This document shows, in pieces, positions 12,106 to 23,944 of a stretch of DNA of 34,401 nucleotides. Location of the stretch: the NCBI RefSeq assembly GCF_001194135.2, contig NC_068981.1, positions 11,862,582-11,896,982 on the forward strand, in the 5' to 3' direction. The stretch's first letter is position 1; the number at the start of each line of letters is the position of its first letter. The notes below the pieces were generated by a model that was not told the DNA's origin, did no database searches, and saw nothing but the letters and a program-made list of their open reading frames with translations. The position numbers and the translations under genes are program-made. Source of the DNA: Octopus bimaculoides (taxonomy: Eukaryota).

Positions 12106-13628
12106 GTATCTCTCTCTCTTTCTCTGTGTATATATATATATATATATACTTGTGTTATGTATACGTATACACATTTATATTCATATACGAAATGTAGCTA
12201 CGAGAAATAAGACATAGTTGTATATACTTGCATACATAGATATATGCACACACACATGTAATACTAAAATACCTATGCAGACATACATATGCATACATAT
12301 GCATACACGCACACACATACGTGTATATAACTATACATGTGTCTCTGTATGTTCACATGTGTATTTAGCAGCAAGTTAGGAACACGTAGTGTTTATAAAG
12401 TTAGTGAAGCCACAAGTAACAGAGCACAGATAAATCAAGATAAATTATATAAACAATAATAGCTGAATTCAAGAATGTGAATTTAATACTTACAATTTAG
12501 AACATTGTCTAGAATGTAACTGTTACAAGAAATCACTTTGATTGACAGCCTACTCTAATATAATAGTAATATCTATTATTACTGCTATGTTGAATCAAAG
12601 TTTTGCGGCTAGATTTGAAATTTATTGGGTTAAGAACCGCTGACGCAAGAAAAAGTATGAAAACATTTGGTGCCTTTCCTCTGAATATTTATGTAATTTG
12701 GGTGTCATATTTTATAGTTAAGTAATTTACATTATACACATTTACAGTGAAAATTGTGAAGTCTAATTAGTTTTAAATCAGAAAATGACGCTAGTACATC
12801 AAGAAACGTATTACTTTTATTTGGCACAAAAGTTAAATAAATATAGCCAGTTTTCTGTTCCCTCGCCGTCTGTATTATATCTGTTTTGGTTTAAATTATT
12901 TGAAGTATTAAATAACTGAGTGACCAACTTATATATTGTTTCCCATGAGAATCTTGTCATTGTGGTAGACAATTTTAATATTTCAAAATAAATATAAATA
13001 ACTTACTGATTTGACAAAGTTTATAATTCATCGAATCCTTAGAGTTCTGCTTTATGTTATTTGCCATTTCTTTTTATTTATTAATCTAAAGAGACCTGAA
13101 AAATCAACAAGTAATATATCTGAAGAATAGACAGAGACAAAACTGAAATTCTCCAAATTTAATGTACGCATACATCGCCACAAATATCACATACACGAAT
13201 TTCCTGAGATGAAAGAAATTTCATTTATGTCTTCTTCCCCGTATTTTGTGAACTCAGTCACATATGGATAAGCGAAACATTCTATCTAGCTGTCACAGTG
13301 CAACTGACAGTTGAATCCGAATATTTTTTCATTAATAACATATACACAGAGAGACAAATATATATGTAATAGACGCGGCACTGCATGCAACGTGTGTCTA
13401 ACTGAACACGTTTTCATAAATGAGAGAGAATAGATCGTCTCTTGTTGCCAGCATACTAATACATTTCACCTGTAATTCTTTAAATTCGTATTTCTAACAA
13501 GAGGAAAACAGCTAGCAAACCAGTTCATAAAACTCCGCGAAGGAGAAATTCTCGAAATATGTCATATAATATTTTTTTTTTTTTACTTATTTTCAATTTT
13601 CCATTTCTTCTATTATCACAGTCCTGTA

Positions 13629-14026
13629 GTAGAGGCGCAATGGCCCAGTGGTTAGGGCAGCGGACTCGCGGTCATAAGATCGCGATTTCGATTCCCAGAC
13701 CGAGCGTTGTGAGTGTTTATTGAGCGAAAACACCAAAAGCTCCACGAGGCTCCGGCAGGGGATGGTGGTGAACCCTGCTGTACTCTTTCATCACAACTTT
13801 CTCTCACTCTTTCTTCCTCTTTCTGTTGTGCCTGTAATTCAAAGGGTCAGCCTTGTCACACTGTGACACTCTGAATATCCCCGAGAACTACATAAAGGCT
13901 ACACGTGTCTGTTGAGTGCTCAGCCACTTGCACGTTAATTTCACAAGCAGGCTGTTCCGTTGGTCTGATCAACTGGAACCCTCGACGTCGTAAGCGACGG
14001 AGTGCCAACTAACTAACTAACTAACT
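13629..14026 (+). mobile_element. tRNA-derived SINE, full length, (AACT)5 tail and 11-bp TSD
   Basis: Head GGCGCAATGGCCCAGTGGTTAGGGCAGCGGACTCGCGGTC...TTCGATTCCC. 3' tail CCACTTGCACGTTAATTTCACAAGCAGGCTG...GGAACCCTCGACGTCGTAAGCGACGGAGTGCC. (AACT)5 at 14007-14026. TSD ACAGTCCTGTA at 13618-13628 and 14027-14037. Confidence 0.93.
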
Positions 14027-14399
14027 ACAGTCCTGTAATCTCGTAATCCCACGATTAGACAACCATATCTGAAGCAAATTGTTTACTTCGTGTCCATCAG
14101 CAACAGAATTCCCAGGTTTTTAGTAGGATGCATCGGGTGCTCCACTTTTGTTTTCTGCTGTCTCCTCTCGAAGCCCAAAATATTCCGCTCATAGAAACCC
14201 CTAAATCATTAAGGGCTTTTCAATAGAGTAAACATCTGTATCTGACTAGGATCATCAATCAGAAATTCACATGACCAAATCACCTGCACTGAGAAAATTT
14301 TATAAAGCTGAGTCAACATATTAGCAGATTCAAAAGAATGATTAATCTATGGATGGTTTCTTCGGATAACTTGAATTATTAGAAATATATAGATGTGAG

Positions 14400-14475
14400 T
14401 GTATGTATGTATGTATGTATGTATGTATGTATGTATGTATGTATGTATGTATGCATGTATGTATGCATGTATGTA
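14400..14475. repeat. (TATG)n microsatellite
   Basis: Direct observation. Confidence 0.96.
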
Positions 14476-14888
14476 TGCGTATGCCTGTTTGTATGTGTGT
14501 ATGTATTTGAATGCGCATGCCTGTTTGTATCTGTGTATGTGTTTGAATGTGTGTGTGTGTGACGCGTCTGTATGTGTCTCCCTCCCTAACTATGTATATA
14601 ACCACTTTCTTACTTCCGGTCTATTCAACATGTACAACGATTAACCCAGCAAATTTATCTCCCCTTCTTTTACCTTCTCCTCATTCCTTTCAGCTGAAGA
14701 GCGTTGACTCGAAATATGAAAGACCTCTTCCAATTATTCAGAGCTTCAAACTAATACATCCTATTTGTTGTTCTTTCACCTGTCTCTGTCCTTTGTGTTC
14801 GCCCTTTCTGTTCGCCATATACAAATATATGTGTGTATGTGTATGCGTATGTATCAATAAATACAGAGAGAGAGAAATTGGGGCATAC

Positions 14889-14997
14889 CAAATGACAGGT
14901 ATCATAAATATTTGATTCATAAAAACCATCTCCTCCTTTACAGGATATATCCTAACTGACATGCCATTCAAAACAAGGGTGGCAAGCATTTCTTGTT
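14889..14997 (-). CDS. Candidate 109-nt internal exon, unknown product
   Basis: Branch-like CTAACTAAC, acceptor TTATACTACAG and donor TG|GTATGC on the minus strand. One open frame: EQEMLATLVLNGMSVRIYPVKEEMVFMNQIFMIPVIW. No family recognised. Confidence 0.3.
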
Positions 14998-15257
14998 CTG
15001 TAGTATAACGCAACTTTAGCGTTAGTTAGGTGGAGTTATACAGAAAGACTTGTAACCAAAACTCAGCTGATGGCGTATTTCATCATCGTCATCGTCATCG
15101 TCTTCATCATCATATTCGTGATCACCATTATCCTCATCTATATGTAAGTATGTGTTTGTGTGTGTGCAAGAGTGTTAGTGTGGGTATGTGTGGGTATGTA
15201 TATACACACGTATATACACACATATATGCATAGATACATATACATACATATGTAAAT

Positions 15258-15305
<48 letters not shown>

Positions 15306-15410
15306 NNNNNNNNNNNNNNNNNNNNNNNNNNNNNNNNNNNNNNNNNNNNNNNNNNNNNNNNNNNNNNNNNNNNNNNNNNNNNNNNNNNNNNNNNNNNNNN
15401 NNNNNNNNNC

Positions 15411-15445
<35 letters not shown>

Positions 15446-16450
15446 CCTTTTGTATTACAAACGGATGATGCATAAAGCAGCATGGAAAACAATGAAATAG
15501 ATGCATTTGTCTGTAGATATATAATTTTATCACCTGAACAAACTACACGACTTGGCGATCTACAGTTTTATTCCGATTTTGTTTTTTTCGAAATCTGTAT
15601 CTGAATAAATATGCAATCATGCATTTAATCATATTTATAGCGATGCAGGCGTTTACTGAAATATTTTCTTACATATTTTCTTTCTTCAAAATTTCCATTC
15701 CAGTTCTTATTTGTTTCACTTATTCCATTTTAACCTCACCATTTCATTCACTCTCCGTTACAAACGTTTCACACTGCCTAAGAACCATTTGTTCTTATCA
15801 CTTCCCCACAGATATGTTTTAATATATGAATCACTTGCCGTACCGCCTCTTCTCTCTAACGAGTGATACTTGAGATATATACTCCGTTTTATTTTCGTAA
15901 ACACTTTTCCCTATTTTCTCGCCTACACCTCCATATTAATGGCATTTTACCATCGTTCTTATAAATATATATAAGTATATGAATTATGTATCATATATGT
16001 ATGTGTATATATATATATTATANNNNNNNNNNNNNNNNNNNNNNNNNNNNNNNNNNNNNNNNNNNNNNNNNNNNNNNNNNNNNNNNNNNNNNNNNNNNNN
16101 NNNNNNNNNNNNNNNGTATATATATGTAAGTATATGTGTGTGTGTGTATGTCTGTCTACCTATGTATGTATGCGTTTAGGTCGGTAAGTAGGTGTTACAT
16201 GCATGCATACACACACAAACACACACACATACATATATAAGCACATATACGCATTTATCTTTGGGAATAGAAGTTATAAACAGCGCTAATGCCTAAATGC
16301 TTATTTACACACTTAAATATCTTGAATTATCATATCATAGCATGCATTTTGATGTGCATCCAAAAATACAATGCAAATCAAATACAATAACTTGAAACAA
16401 CACCTTAGTTAAGAGGGTTTCTATGATATTCTGTGATTTTAATTTCAGCC

Positions 16451-16942
16451 CTATTGATCAGCCCCTTGGTACACTGTGTTCTGTATCCTGGGTTCCACCA
16501 AGAAGTCAATGGTAAAATTCGATACATAATCTTTGTATACAAAATTCCGCCATATGCGAGTGTGTGTTTGTGAGCTTGCATTTGTGTCTGTGCCATCGTA
16601 TGCTTCTTTATGTTCATAGTGGTTCGATAAATACATATTGACCAAACAAGAAATTGAGTTAAAATGAACACTATTTACTAAGTAGCCGGCTAAACCACTG
16701 AACGGTAAGAGATAATCGAAATGTGGAGCCGGAAAATGGAAACAACCCATATAATAATAGGTGCAGTAAGTATGATTAAAGCATTCAGATAAATACATAG
16801 CCAAAACACCAGGACTAACGAATATGTATACCAGAAAACATATCATTGTTATGCAACGTACACATCCTATATGAAGCACTTTCAATACAGTGAGAATAAC
16901 AGCAGCAAACACAAACCACGCACATATCCAAGGCAGACAGAG
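16451..16942 (-). CDS. 163-codon open frame for a multi-pass membrane protein, XKR-like N-terminal half (probably part of a decayed copy)
   Basis: Longest non-repetitive ORF in the window, starting after acceptor AACGCAG. It has hydrophobic segments. [28 protein letters not shown] resembles XKR [40 protein letters not shown] resembles VFFGDVGTDL, and [10 protein letters not shown] resembles VPSLLVQSLS. Weak similarity continues after a frameshift to about 16270. Confidence 0.45.
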   Translation of the reverse strand, partial: [163 protein letters not shown]

Positions 16943-17000
16943 CTGCGTTCAATACACTAGTAAAAGCACGTGATAAAAATAATCTTACGGAACAATGAGG

Positions 17001-17032
17001 GTGATGATGATGACGACGACGATGATGATGAT
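17001..17032. repeat. (GAT/GAC)n trinucleotide repeat
   Basis: Direct observation. Confidence 0.9.
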
Positions 17033-17344
17033 AAAATACGCTTCGCAAATTCACATACAACGCTCAACAGGCATTTGCAATCTCGTATTACATCCTACAC
17101 ATTGTTGACCCTCCCACATGCACATACATACAAATGGAAAGACATGCCGCTGAATTGCATCGTAAGATACTCAGAATTTCTAAGTGGATGCTGTATAACC
17201 CTGGCCAATAAATTACATTATTAATGTGGTATTGCAAGGAAAACATTACGCACGCAAAAGTAACATGGAGAGAAATCAAATGTTGTTTCTGCCGATGAGA
17301 TTGATAATTAAACTGATAATGGCTTGGCTGTTATGCTACTACAG

Positions 17345-17398
17345 TTGATGTGCATCATGCTAAATCCATAAGCCAAAGTTATTTTAGTACCAACGATT
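17345..17398 (+). CDS. Candidate 54-nt symmetric phase-1 exon (VDVHHAKSISQSYFSTND)
   Basis: Acceptor CTACTACAG and perfect donor GTAAGT at 17399. Only the phase-1 frame is open, and the length is divisible by 3. Confidence 0.35.
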
Positions 17399-17862
17399 GT
17401 AAGTAATAAAATCGTCATCAAAATTCAGAAAGGAAACATTTACGAGACTACATCTATAATCACTACAGAGCATAAATACACCAATTGGTATTAGGAAATT
17501 TGGAGGATTGTTAGAGTATTGACAAAATAGTTTTCAGGTATGGGCCTCTTTACGCGCTCGATAATCCGCTTAAAATAATCCAACGTATTTTTCCCTTTAT
17601 AATCTGGAGACAATAATGTAAAGTAACACGGTCAACATAATCGAAATCCATGTTCGCCAAAAGAAAAGAGCCGTTGTTCGATGCAATCGGACTTTAGTAT
17701 ATAGTTGGGTATTTACCTATTGGGATGAACTCAGAACGTGAAGAGTAGAAACAAATACAGCAAGATATTATTTGCTCTTTGTTTCTAAAATAAGCTCAAG
17801 ACTTGAGATACTTTGCGTGAGGAAGGTGGACAGATGGAAGAAACGCGCGCACGCTTCCGGTG

Positions 17863-18024
17863 TTTGAGTTCAAATTCCGCCGAGGTTGACATTGCCTTTC
17901 ATCCTTTCAGGGTCGATCAAATAAGTACCAGTCATGCACTGGGATCGATGTAATAGACTTAATCCCTTTGTCTGTCCTTGTTTGTTCCATCTATGTTTAG
18001 CCCCCTGTGAGGAATAAAGAAATA
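17863..18024 (+). mobile_element. SINE family A, 5'-truncated
   Basis: GAGTTCAAATTCCGCCGAGGTTGACATTGCCTTTCATCCTTTCAGGGTCGATCAAATAAGTACCAG...TGTTTAGCCCCCTGTGAGGAATAAAGAAATA, near-colinear with 20390-20540. Confidence 0.9.
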
Positions 18025-20007
18025 CATATTTTCGTGGGGATAATGTCACTCGATAGTTTCGCCCACTGTATTTGGTGTGTATTTTCCCAACCTGGAAATG
18101 ATGAATGATAATGTGAGACACGACATGATTTAAACTCCAGACGTCCTGAAGAAATAACAGAATTTATTTTGCCTGACGCTTTCAGGATTCTACAAAACAA
18201 AATCTTACGCAAAGTAAAAGTACAAAGCAAACCGAAAATATGTATCAAATTTTCGAGAAGAGTAAATTCGATTATATCGACCCGCCTACTCGCCTACTCG
18301 AATGATATTTGACCCACAGAGGTTGATATGTAAAATTACTTCGGCATAATTTGAACGCATAACAACAACAGACTGTTTGTCCACTATTTGAATGATCTGC
18401 CAACCCACGTAATAAGAATATGTGTAATTATGAAGTGTAGTCGTTGTAGTACAAGTCCGGTTAACAATCATGAAAATAATTCGTATTAAAACCCGTCTTA
18501 ATTAACCTCATAGAAATCCATGCATGATTTATACGAGATGTTTATCTGTGTCTTCGTGAGTATTCATTCTATGAACGTGTGAAAATATTTTATAAAAAAA
18601 CACGTTTCTTAAATTTTTAATTCACTCATCTAAGACATGACTACATCAGTATAAGTGACCTTGTCAGTGATCTTGAAAAATATTCTAGAACAAAAGTATC
18701 ATTGAACGGTTCGTCAGTATATTGACAGAGAGAGTTATTGAATGCACATTGAATGAGGTGAACTCCTCTCAACGTTCAGCAATATTTTCTGTCATAAATC
18801 TTTCTTCCAATTTTGATTCGAAAAAGGTGGTGTGGAGGTGACATCGAAATATCAAATCTAATTTTGCTCTAATTATTAAAATTCCAATAAAGATTGCTTC
18901 AATTTCAGATTTAATTAAAATTTATCTCCCTTACCGATTGCGCTTCACAAATGCAGTGATAAATTATTTTTAGATATTCTCATAGTTTGTTAAATTTGTT
19001 GTTGTGAGTGTAATAATTAGAGGTCATATGTTAAAAGTACCTGAGGATTTACAATTTCTCAATTTGACTTTCTTGTGACAACTTGTTTCTTTACTTCACC
19101 TACATAATTTATAATAATGTTTGCAATATTGAATTGATTTCCATTCCCAGTTATTCTTATTTCGAATATTTATTTTAAATTAACACAATTTTCTCGTTTA
19201 TTGTTTATTATATTTTACTTGTGATGTTAATGAAGCAACAACGCAGTGCATCAAAATCCATGAAGAGTTTGTAGGAGATGTAATAGATGGTACAGCAACA
19301 CGCAATGTTTTAACGTTTTTCCTCTTATAAAAAATCATGTTGCTATATCGTGATTTGCTATAAGACATTCTTTCACAATTTTCTCCTATTCGTACTAATG
19401 CAGCTGAGACAGTATGCATATGTATATGCATTTTGAAATAAGCCCTCACTAACCTTTTCATAATGTTTTATCTTAAAATTTCCTCTGCCAGTCTACTTCT
19501 CTCACCTCCTTTTCCCGTTGGATGCTAACATTATTATCTATAATTTTCAATAAATTTTACACATACATCGTATTTATCATTTATGAAACACTTTTGAAAA
19601 ATACTGAGTTTAGCATATAAAACATTCGATAAGATAATTATGCTTGTAATGCTAAATTATAAGGTAATTACGCGCTCTTTATATTTATTTATATTTTTGT
19701 TTAATATAACAAAGTACAGAACATTTACTCATGACTCCATTATAATTAATAACAATTGTCAACAAAATACTTTCTCATACAAATGTAAATCGCTTATATC
19801 GGCAAAACTTTTCGTCCAGTCTTATGTTCAACGTGTTTTTAAAAAGCCGGTCAATTAATATATGTGCCAGTATAGATACATGAATATCAAACAACTTACA
19901 AACATCAGATAGTAAACAGTAAAATAAGTTTCCAGGATTATTATTAATTATCAGTCATATGCATATATTTACAATAATATGAAAACAAAATCATCTGTAC
20001 CCGAATT

Positions 20008-20082
20008 GCAGCGAGCTGGCAGAATCGTTAGCACGCAAGACAAAATGCTTAGTGGTGTTTCATCGTGTTTCAAAATCTGAGA
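20008..20082 (+). mobile_element. SINE family A, 5' head fragment
   Basis: GCAGCGAGCTGGCAGAATCGTTAGCACGCAAGACAAAATGCTTAGTGG matches the head of the 20320 copy. Confidence 0.85.
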
Positions 20083-20319
20083 TCATCTATTGCTTTTCGG
20101 CTTGTGAAGGGTGTCAGTCCGTTTGCTATTCATATATTTACTATTCAAACTTATTGTAATGAAAATAGACAATTACTGTTATAACGTCCTTCTTTTCGAA
20201 TATCATTTTTTGTTATTTATTTAGAATTATTTAATCTGCAAACATTCACTATTAGACACATAAAAATCAAGGAATACTTCACCATTATACAACTATCAAC
20301 AATATAAGACACTGCTAAT

Positions 20320-20543
20320 GCGGTGAGCTGGCAGCAACGTTAGCACGCCGGACGAAATACTTAGCGGTATTTCGTCTTCCGCTACTTTCCAAGTTCAAAT
20401 TCCGCTGAGGTCGATTTTGCCTTTCATCCTTTAGAGGTCGATAAATTAAATACCAGTTACGCACTGGGGTCGTTGTAATCGACTTCACCCAATTGTCTGT
20501 CTCCTATATGTTTAGCCCCTTGTGAGCAATAAAGAAATAAGAA
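20320..20543 (+). mobile_element. SINE family A, full length
   Basis: Head GCGGTGAGCTGGCAGCAACGTTAGCACGCCGGACGAAATACTTAGCGG, core GCCTTTCATCCTTTAGAGGTCGATAAATTAAATACCAG, tail AATAAAGAAATAAGAA. Confidence 0.92.
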
Positions 20544-20717
20544 TTGTTAGCAATCCGGGCAAAATGCATAACGGCATTTCCTCTGTGTTTACATCGCCTT
20601 TGCCTTTAATGCTTTCGAGATCGATAAATAAAATCAAAGTGAGCACTGGGGTTAATGTAATGGGCTTAACTCCTCACACGAAATTGTTAGCCTTGTGCCA
20701 AAAATTGAAACCAATAT
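20544..20717 (+). mobile_element. SINE family A, older subfamily copy in tandem
   Basis: TTGTTAGCAATCCGGGCAAAATGC...GCCTTTAATGCTTTCGAGATCGATAAA...GCCTTGTGCCAAAAATTGAAACCAATAT. The 3' end matches the 3484 copy. Confidence 0.8.
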
Positions 20718-21268
20718 AAGATGATGGTATACCTTTTATGTATGACAGTATTAATTTTTTTTCTACAATGAACTACAATTCAAGAGTACTTGAATGGCTA
20801 CATATAAAATCTTTTGAATTTATTTATTGTTGTATACTATAATTTAATTACAAGAAAAATTTAGGAAGATAATTATCTAATAAAAATCTAAATTTTATAT
20901 ATTTTTCCCAATCCGAAAACCGGTAAATTTAAATGTCCTATTAGCAAACTCCATCATTTCGAGAAAAAAGGTATAACTTCGAATGCTAAATTGAAATATT
21001 CTTTTGACTAATTCATATTAAAAAGATACATACTCCAAGATAAATATACCATATATTAACATATAGATTAAAATATAATTTTTTAATAATCTACTTTGGA
21101 AAATACGTAATCAACGTTTATGTATGCCTTCTTTAACAAGGAAAAAGAAAAATTGAAGTAAAAGTCAACCAATATCAAGTGAATCCCGAGGCGACCAGAG
21201 AATAAAATTGTTTCCATATATTAAGGAGAAAACAAGAACATACATATATACACACAGGCACACACGCA

Positions 21269-21307
<39 letters not shown>

Positions 21308-21317
21308 NNNNNNNNNN

Positions 21318-21364
<47 letters not shown>

Positions 21365-21544
21365 TATATGTATAAAACAAGCTTTCATTATATAATAAAC
21401 TTTAATAAATATTAACTAAGTCTTAAGTCTAATACCTATATGACAAAAAATTGTCCTTAAGCAATTCATGAAACGTGTTACCATAGAAATTTTAAAACTT
21501 AATATTTAAATAATTAGAAAATTGATATATTATTGAGCAACCTA

Positions 21545-21856
21545 GTGAAGACGCGTGGCTTCACGGTTAGAATATTCGGCTCGCGATGGTAAGGTGGTGA
21601 GTTCAATTCTTGGCAACGCGTCTTCTCCTTCAAAAAGGCATTTTTTTTCAAGTTTCTCCAGTCTACTCAGCTGACAAAATTGAGTAGTATCTGTATTTCA
21701 ATGGCCATTCTTGTCACGCTGACACTCACTGACAACTACGTTAAGGCTACGCGTGTCCGAAGTGTATTCAACCACTTGCACGTTAATTTCACGAGCAGGC
21801 TGCTTCATTGATCAGATTAACTGGAACCCCCATCGTCGTAAGCGATGATTTGCCAG
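21545..21856 (+). mobile_element. CORE-type SINE with the same 3' tail as the 13629 SINE
   Basis: Degenerate tRNA head GTGAAGACGCGTGGCTTCACGGTTAG...GAGTTCAATTC, CORE-like CTCCAGTCTACTCAGCTG, tail CCACTTGCACGTTAATTTCACGAGCAGGCTG...GGAACCCCCATCGTCGTAAGCG. Confidence 0.85.
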
Positions 21857-22759
21857 TAGTAGGATTGGGAAAAAAGTACTATTTCTGCTATTGGTTTTAT
21901 AATGTACATACATGTATGCTAGTATACACATATATATACTGCTGGATATAACTTTCTCCCTGTCTCTGTTTTTATTCAGATTGAATTGTAGATCAAAACT
22001 TCGTAGTTACTGTCACCCTTCTAATTGTATAAGGATAATGTATATGCAATTTAACAAAAGTATTCAGTTTAATGCTAATTAAACTTTAATAAAACAATTT
22101 ATTGCTAAATTTGTTCTCTTATAACACGACATAAACACATACTTGCTTACAATCAACATAAGCTAGAATTTTCAGAACCCCCACCCCAAATAACTCGCAC
22201 ATTACGAATGTATATATTTGCAAAACTTTCCACAATTTAAAGATGTGGGATTGTTTTCATTTGCTTCCTCATATCTCTAAAGAATTTAAATAAAGAAAAA
22301 CTGAAGAGAAAATGTACGCGTACGCGTACACGCACACATACACACACATATATATACAAATCGCATGCATACACATACACATACATATACAAACATACAT
22401 GCATGTAGATCATATATATATATATTGATTAAAAAAAATGTATACTTTATAGTATAAACTGGTTGCACAACGAATTGCAGCATCCTTAAACTCCTGAAAT
22501 ATGGCATATACAACCATTATCCATTATCTATTTTATATCTTCGGTCTCATTGTTTTTTTTTCTTTTTTTTTTTACGTCTGACGTCTCCGATATGAAACGT
22601 TGTAACAAACATCAGTACTGGCTGTAATTTGTACAGAATATCTGTGGAGAAAAACTTATTTCTAGAGTATTTTAAAGGACAGTACTCTCTGCTTGATTGT
22701 AGTGGTGAAAATTGTCTCGAGTTTTGAGATAAGAAAACTCAATTAGATATTTCAATCAG

Positions 22760-22790
22760 GAGTTCTTCCGTATTCCTGATATCTTCGGTT
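22760..22790 (+). CDS. Candidate 31-nt exon (EFFRIPDIFG, phase 0 to 1)
   Basis: Acceptor TTTCAATCAG and donor GTAAGT at 22791. Phase-compatible with the 23945 exon. Short enough to be chance. Confidence 0.25.
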
Positions 22791-23246
22791 GTAAGTTTGA
22801 TTGTAATCCATGCATTCTGACGTCAGGTACATCTGTATAGGTATGTATAGTTGGATAGAGGTGATGTGCATATTTTGTATATTGCATATTACATGTATAT
22901 ATATGTATGGGTGTGTGTGAATATACGTATATATTTACAAACATGTTAATATGTATATATTAAGTACAAATGAGAGAGAAGGAGAAGGAGGGGAGGGATG
23001 CTTTGAAGACAATGATAAGATCACGATTGACATTTTCAATTGTAATTAAACTCCGAGAACACATCGATACAATACAATTGAAGAGAAACAACTTTTCTCT
23101 GTCATCGTTTTCTTTTTTGTTCTTCTTTCTTTTTTCTTGTCCTGCTTCTTGTCTCTAAAAAACAAAATCGACATCTTGAAATGCCATTACCAGAAGCTAC
23201 CCGTAAATCAAAAACCATCCCCAAATGAATTATTTCTTCCTTTTTG

Positions 23247-23248
<2 letters not shown>

Positions 23249-23308
<60 letters not shown>
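23249..23308. repeat. (CA)n microsatellite
   Basis: Direct observation. Confidence 0.97.
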
Positions 23309-23311
<3 letters not shown>

Positions 23312-23324
23312 TAGCACAAAAAAT

Positions 23325-23641
23325 GACACTTTGTTGGTAACGACGAGGGTTCCTGTCGATCCGATCAACGAAACAGCTGTCTAGTGAAATTAACGTGCAA
23401 GTGGCTTATCACGCCAAAGTCTCGCGTACCCGTGGCGTAGATTTCAGGGAGATTTAGCTTGACGCAGGATGCGACTACACTGGCTCTCTGAATTACAGTT
23501 ACAATTTATTCTTTTCAACGGAGTGCACTGGTTCAACGAGAATAAATTGTCTTACTCAAAGACACAACACACCCCTTGGAACCGAACTGATTATCGTACA
23601 ACCGTAAGCTGAATACACTAACCGATTATCCACTCACCCTC
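23325..23641 (-). mobile_element. CORE-type SINE with shared 3' tail, degenerate
   Basis: The plus strand shows the reverse-complement tail GACGAGGGTTCCTGTCGATCCGATCAACG...GTGAAATTAACGTGCAAGTGG and the CORE-like CTTACTCAAAGACACAACAC. Confidence 0.85.
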
Positions 23642-23944
23642 AATGCTACAAGGCCATTTATAATACTACACCAATGATATTAATTATAATGAGTGTGCGT
23701 CTTTTTTTAGGTATGCAATCATCTCAAATTCAGTAAATCTTTTGATAGAGGCGTGCAGCAATATTTTCTGAGGATATTATCCAACATCGTAATCCGTGGT
23801 AAGCCAATGCATTTGATTGAATGTTAACTGAAAAACAGAATCCAACATTTTAATATCTGCAATGTTTAATTAAAGTAAACAAATCTCTTTAGTGCATTCC
23901 ATAGGTTTGTGCGTTGTGATAATTCAAGTTTGTTATTTACGTAG

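Noticed and set aside
15619-15822. Plus-strand hydrophobic ORF containing YIFSFF (XKR-like word)
   Set aside because: Opposite strand to the other XKR-like pieces, no other motif in register, and such words are common in T-rich DNA.
16448-16511. Plus-strand ~63-nt pseudo-exon
   Set aside because: It overlaps the end of the minus-strand ORF and illustrates how easily chance exons arise here.
18255-18325. Very degenerate minus-strand SINE-A core fragment
   Set aside because: Only about 20 nt (TCGATTATATCGACCC) match well, too little for boundaries.
19198-19461. 87-aa minus-strand ORF and a short open plus-strand frame
   Set aside because: No recognisable domain and no strong splice sites.
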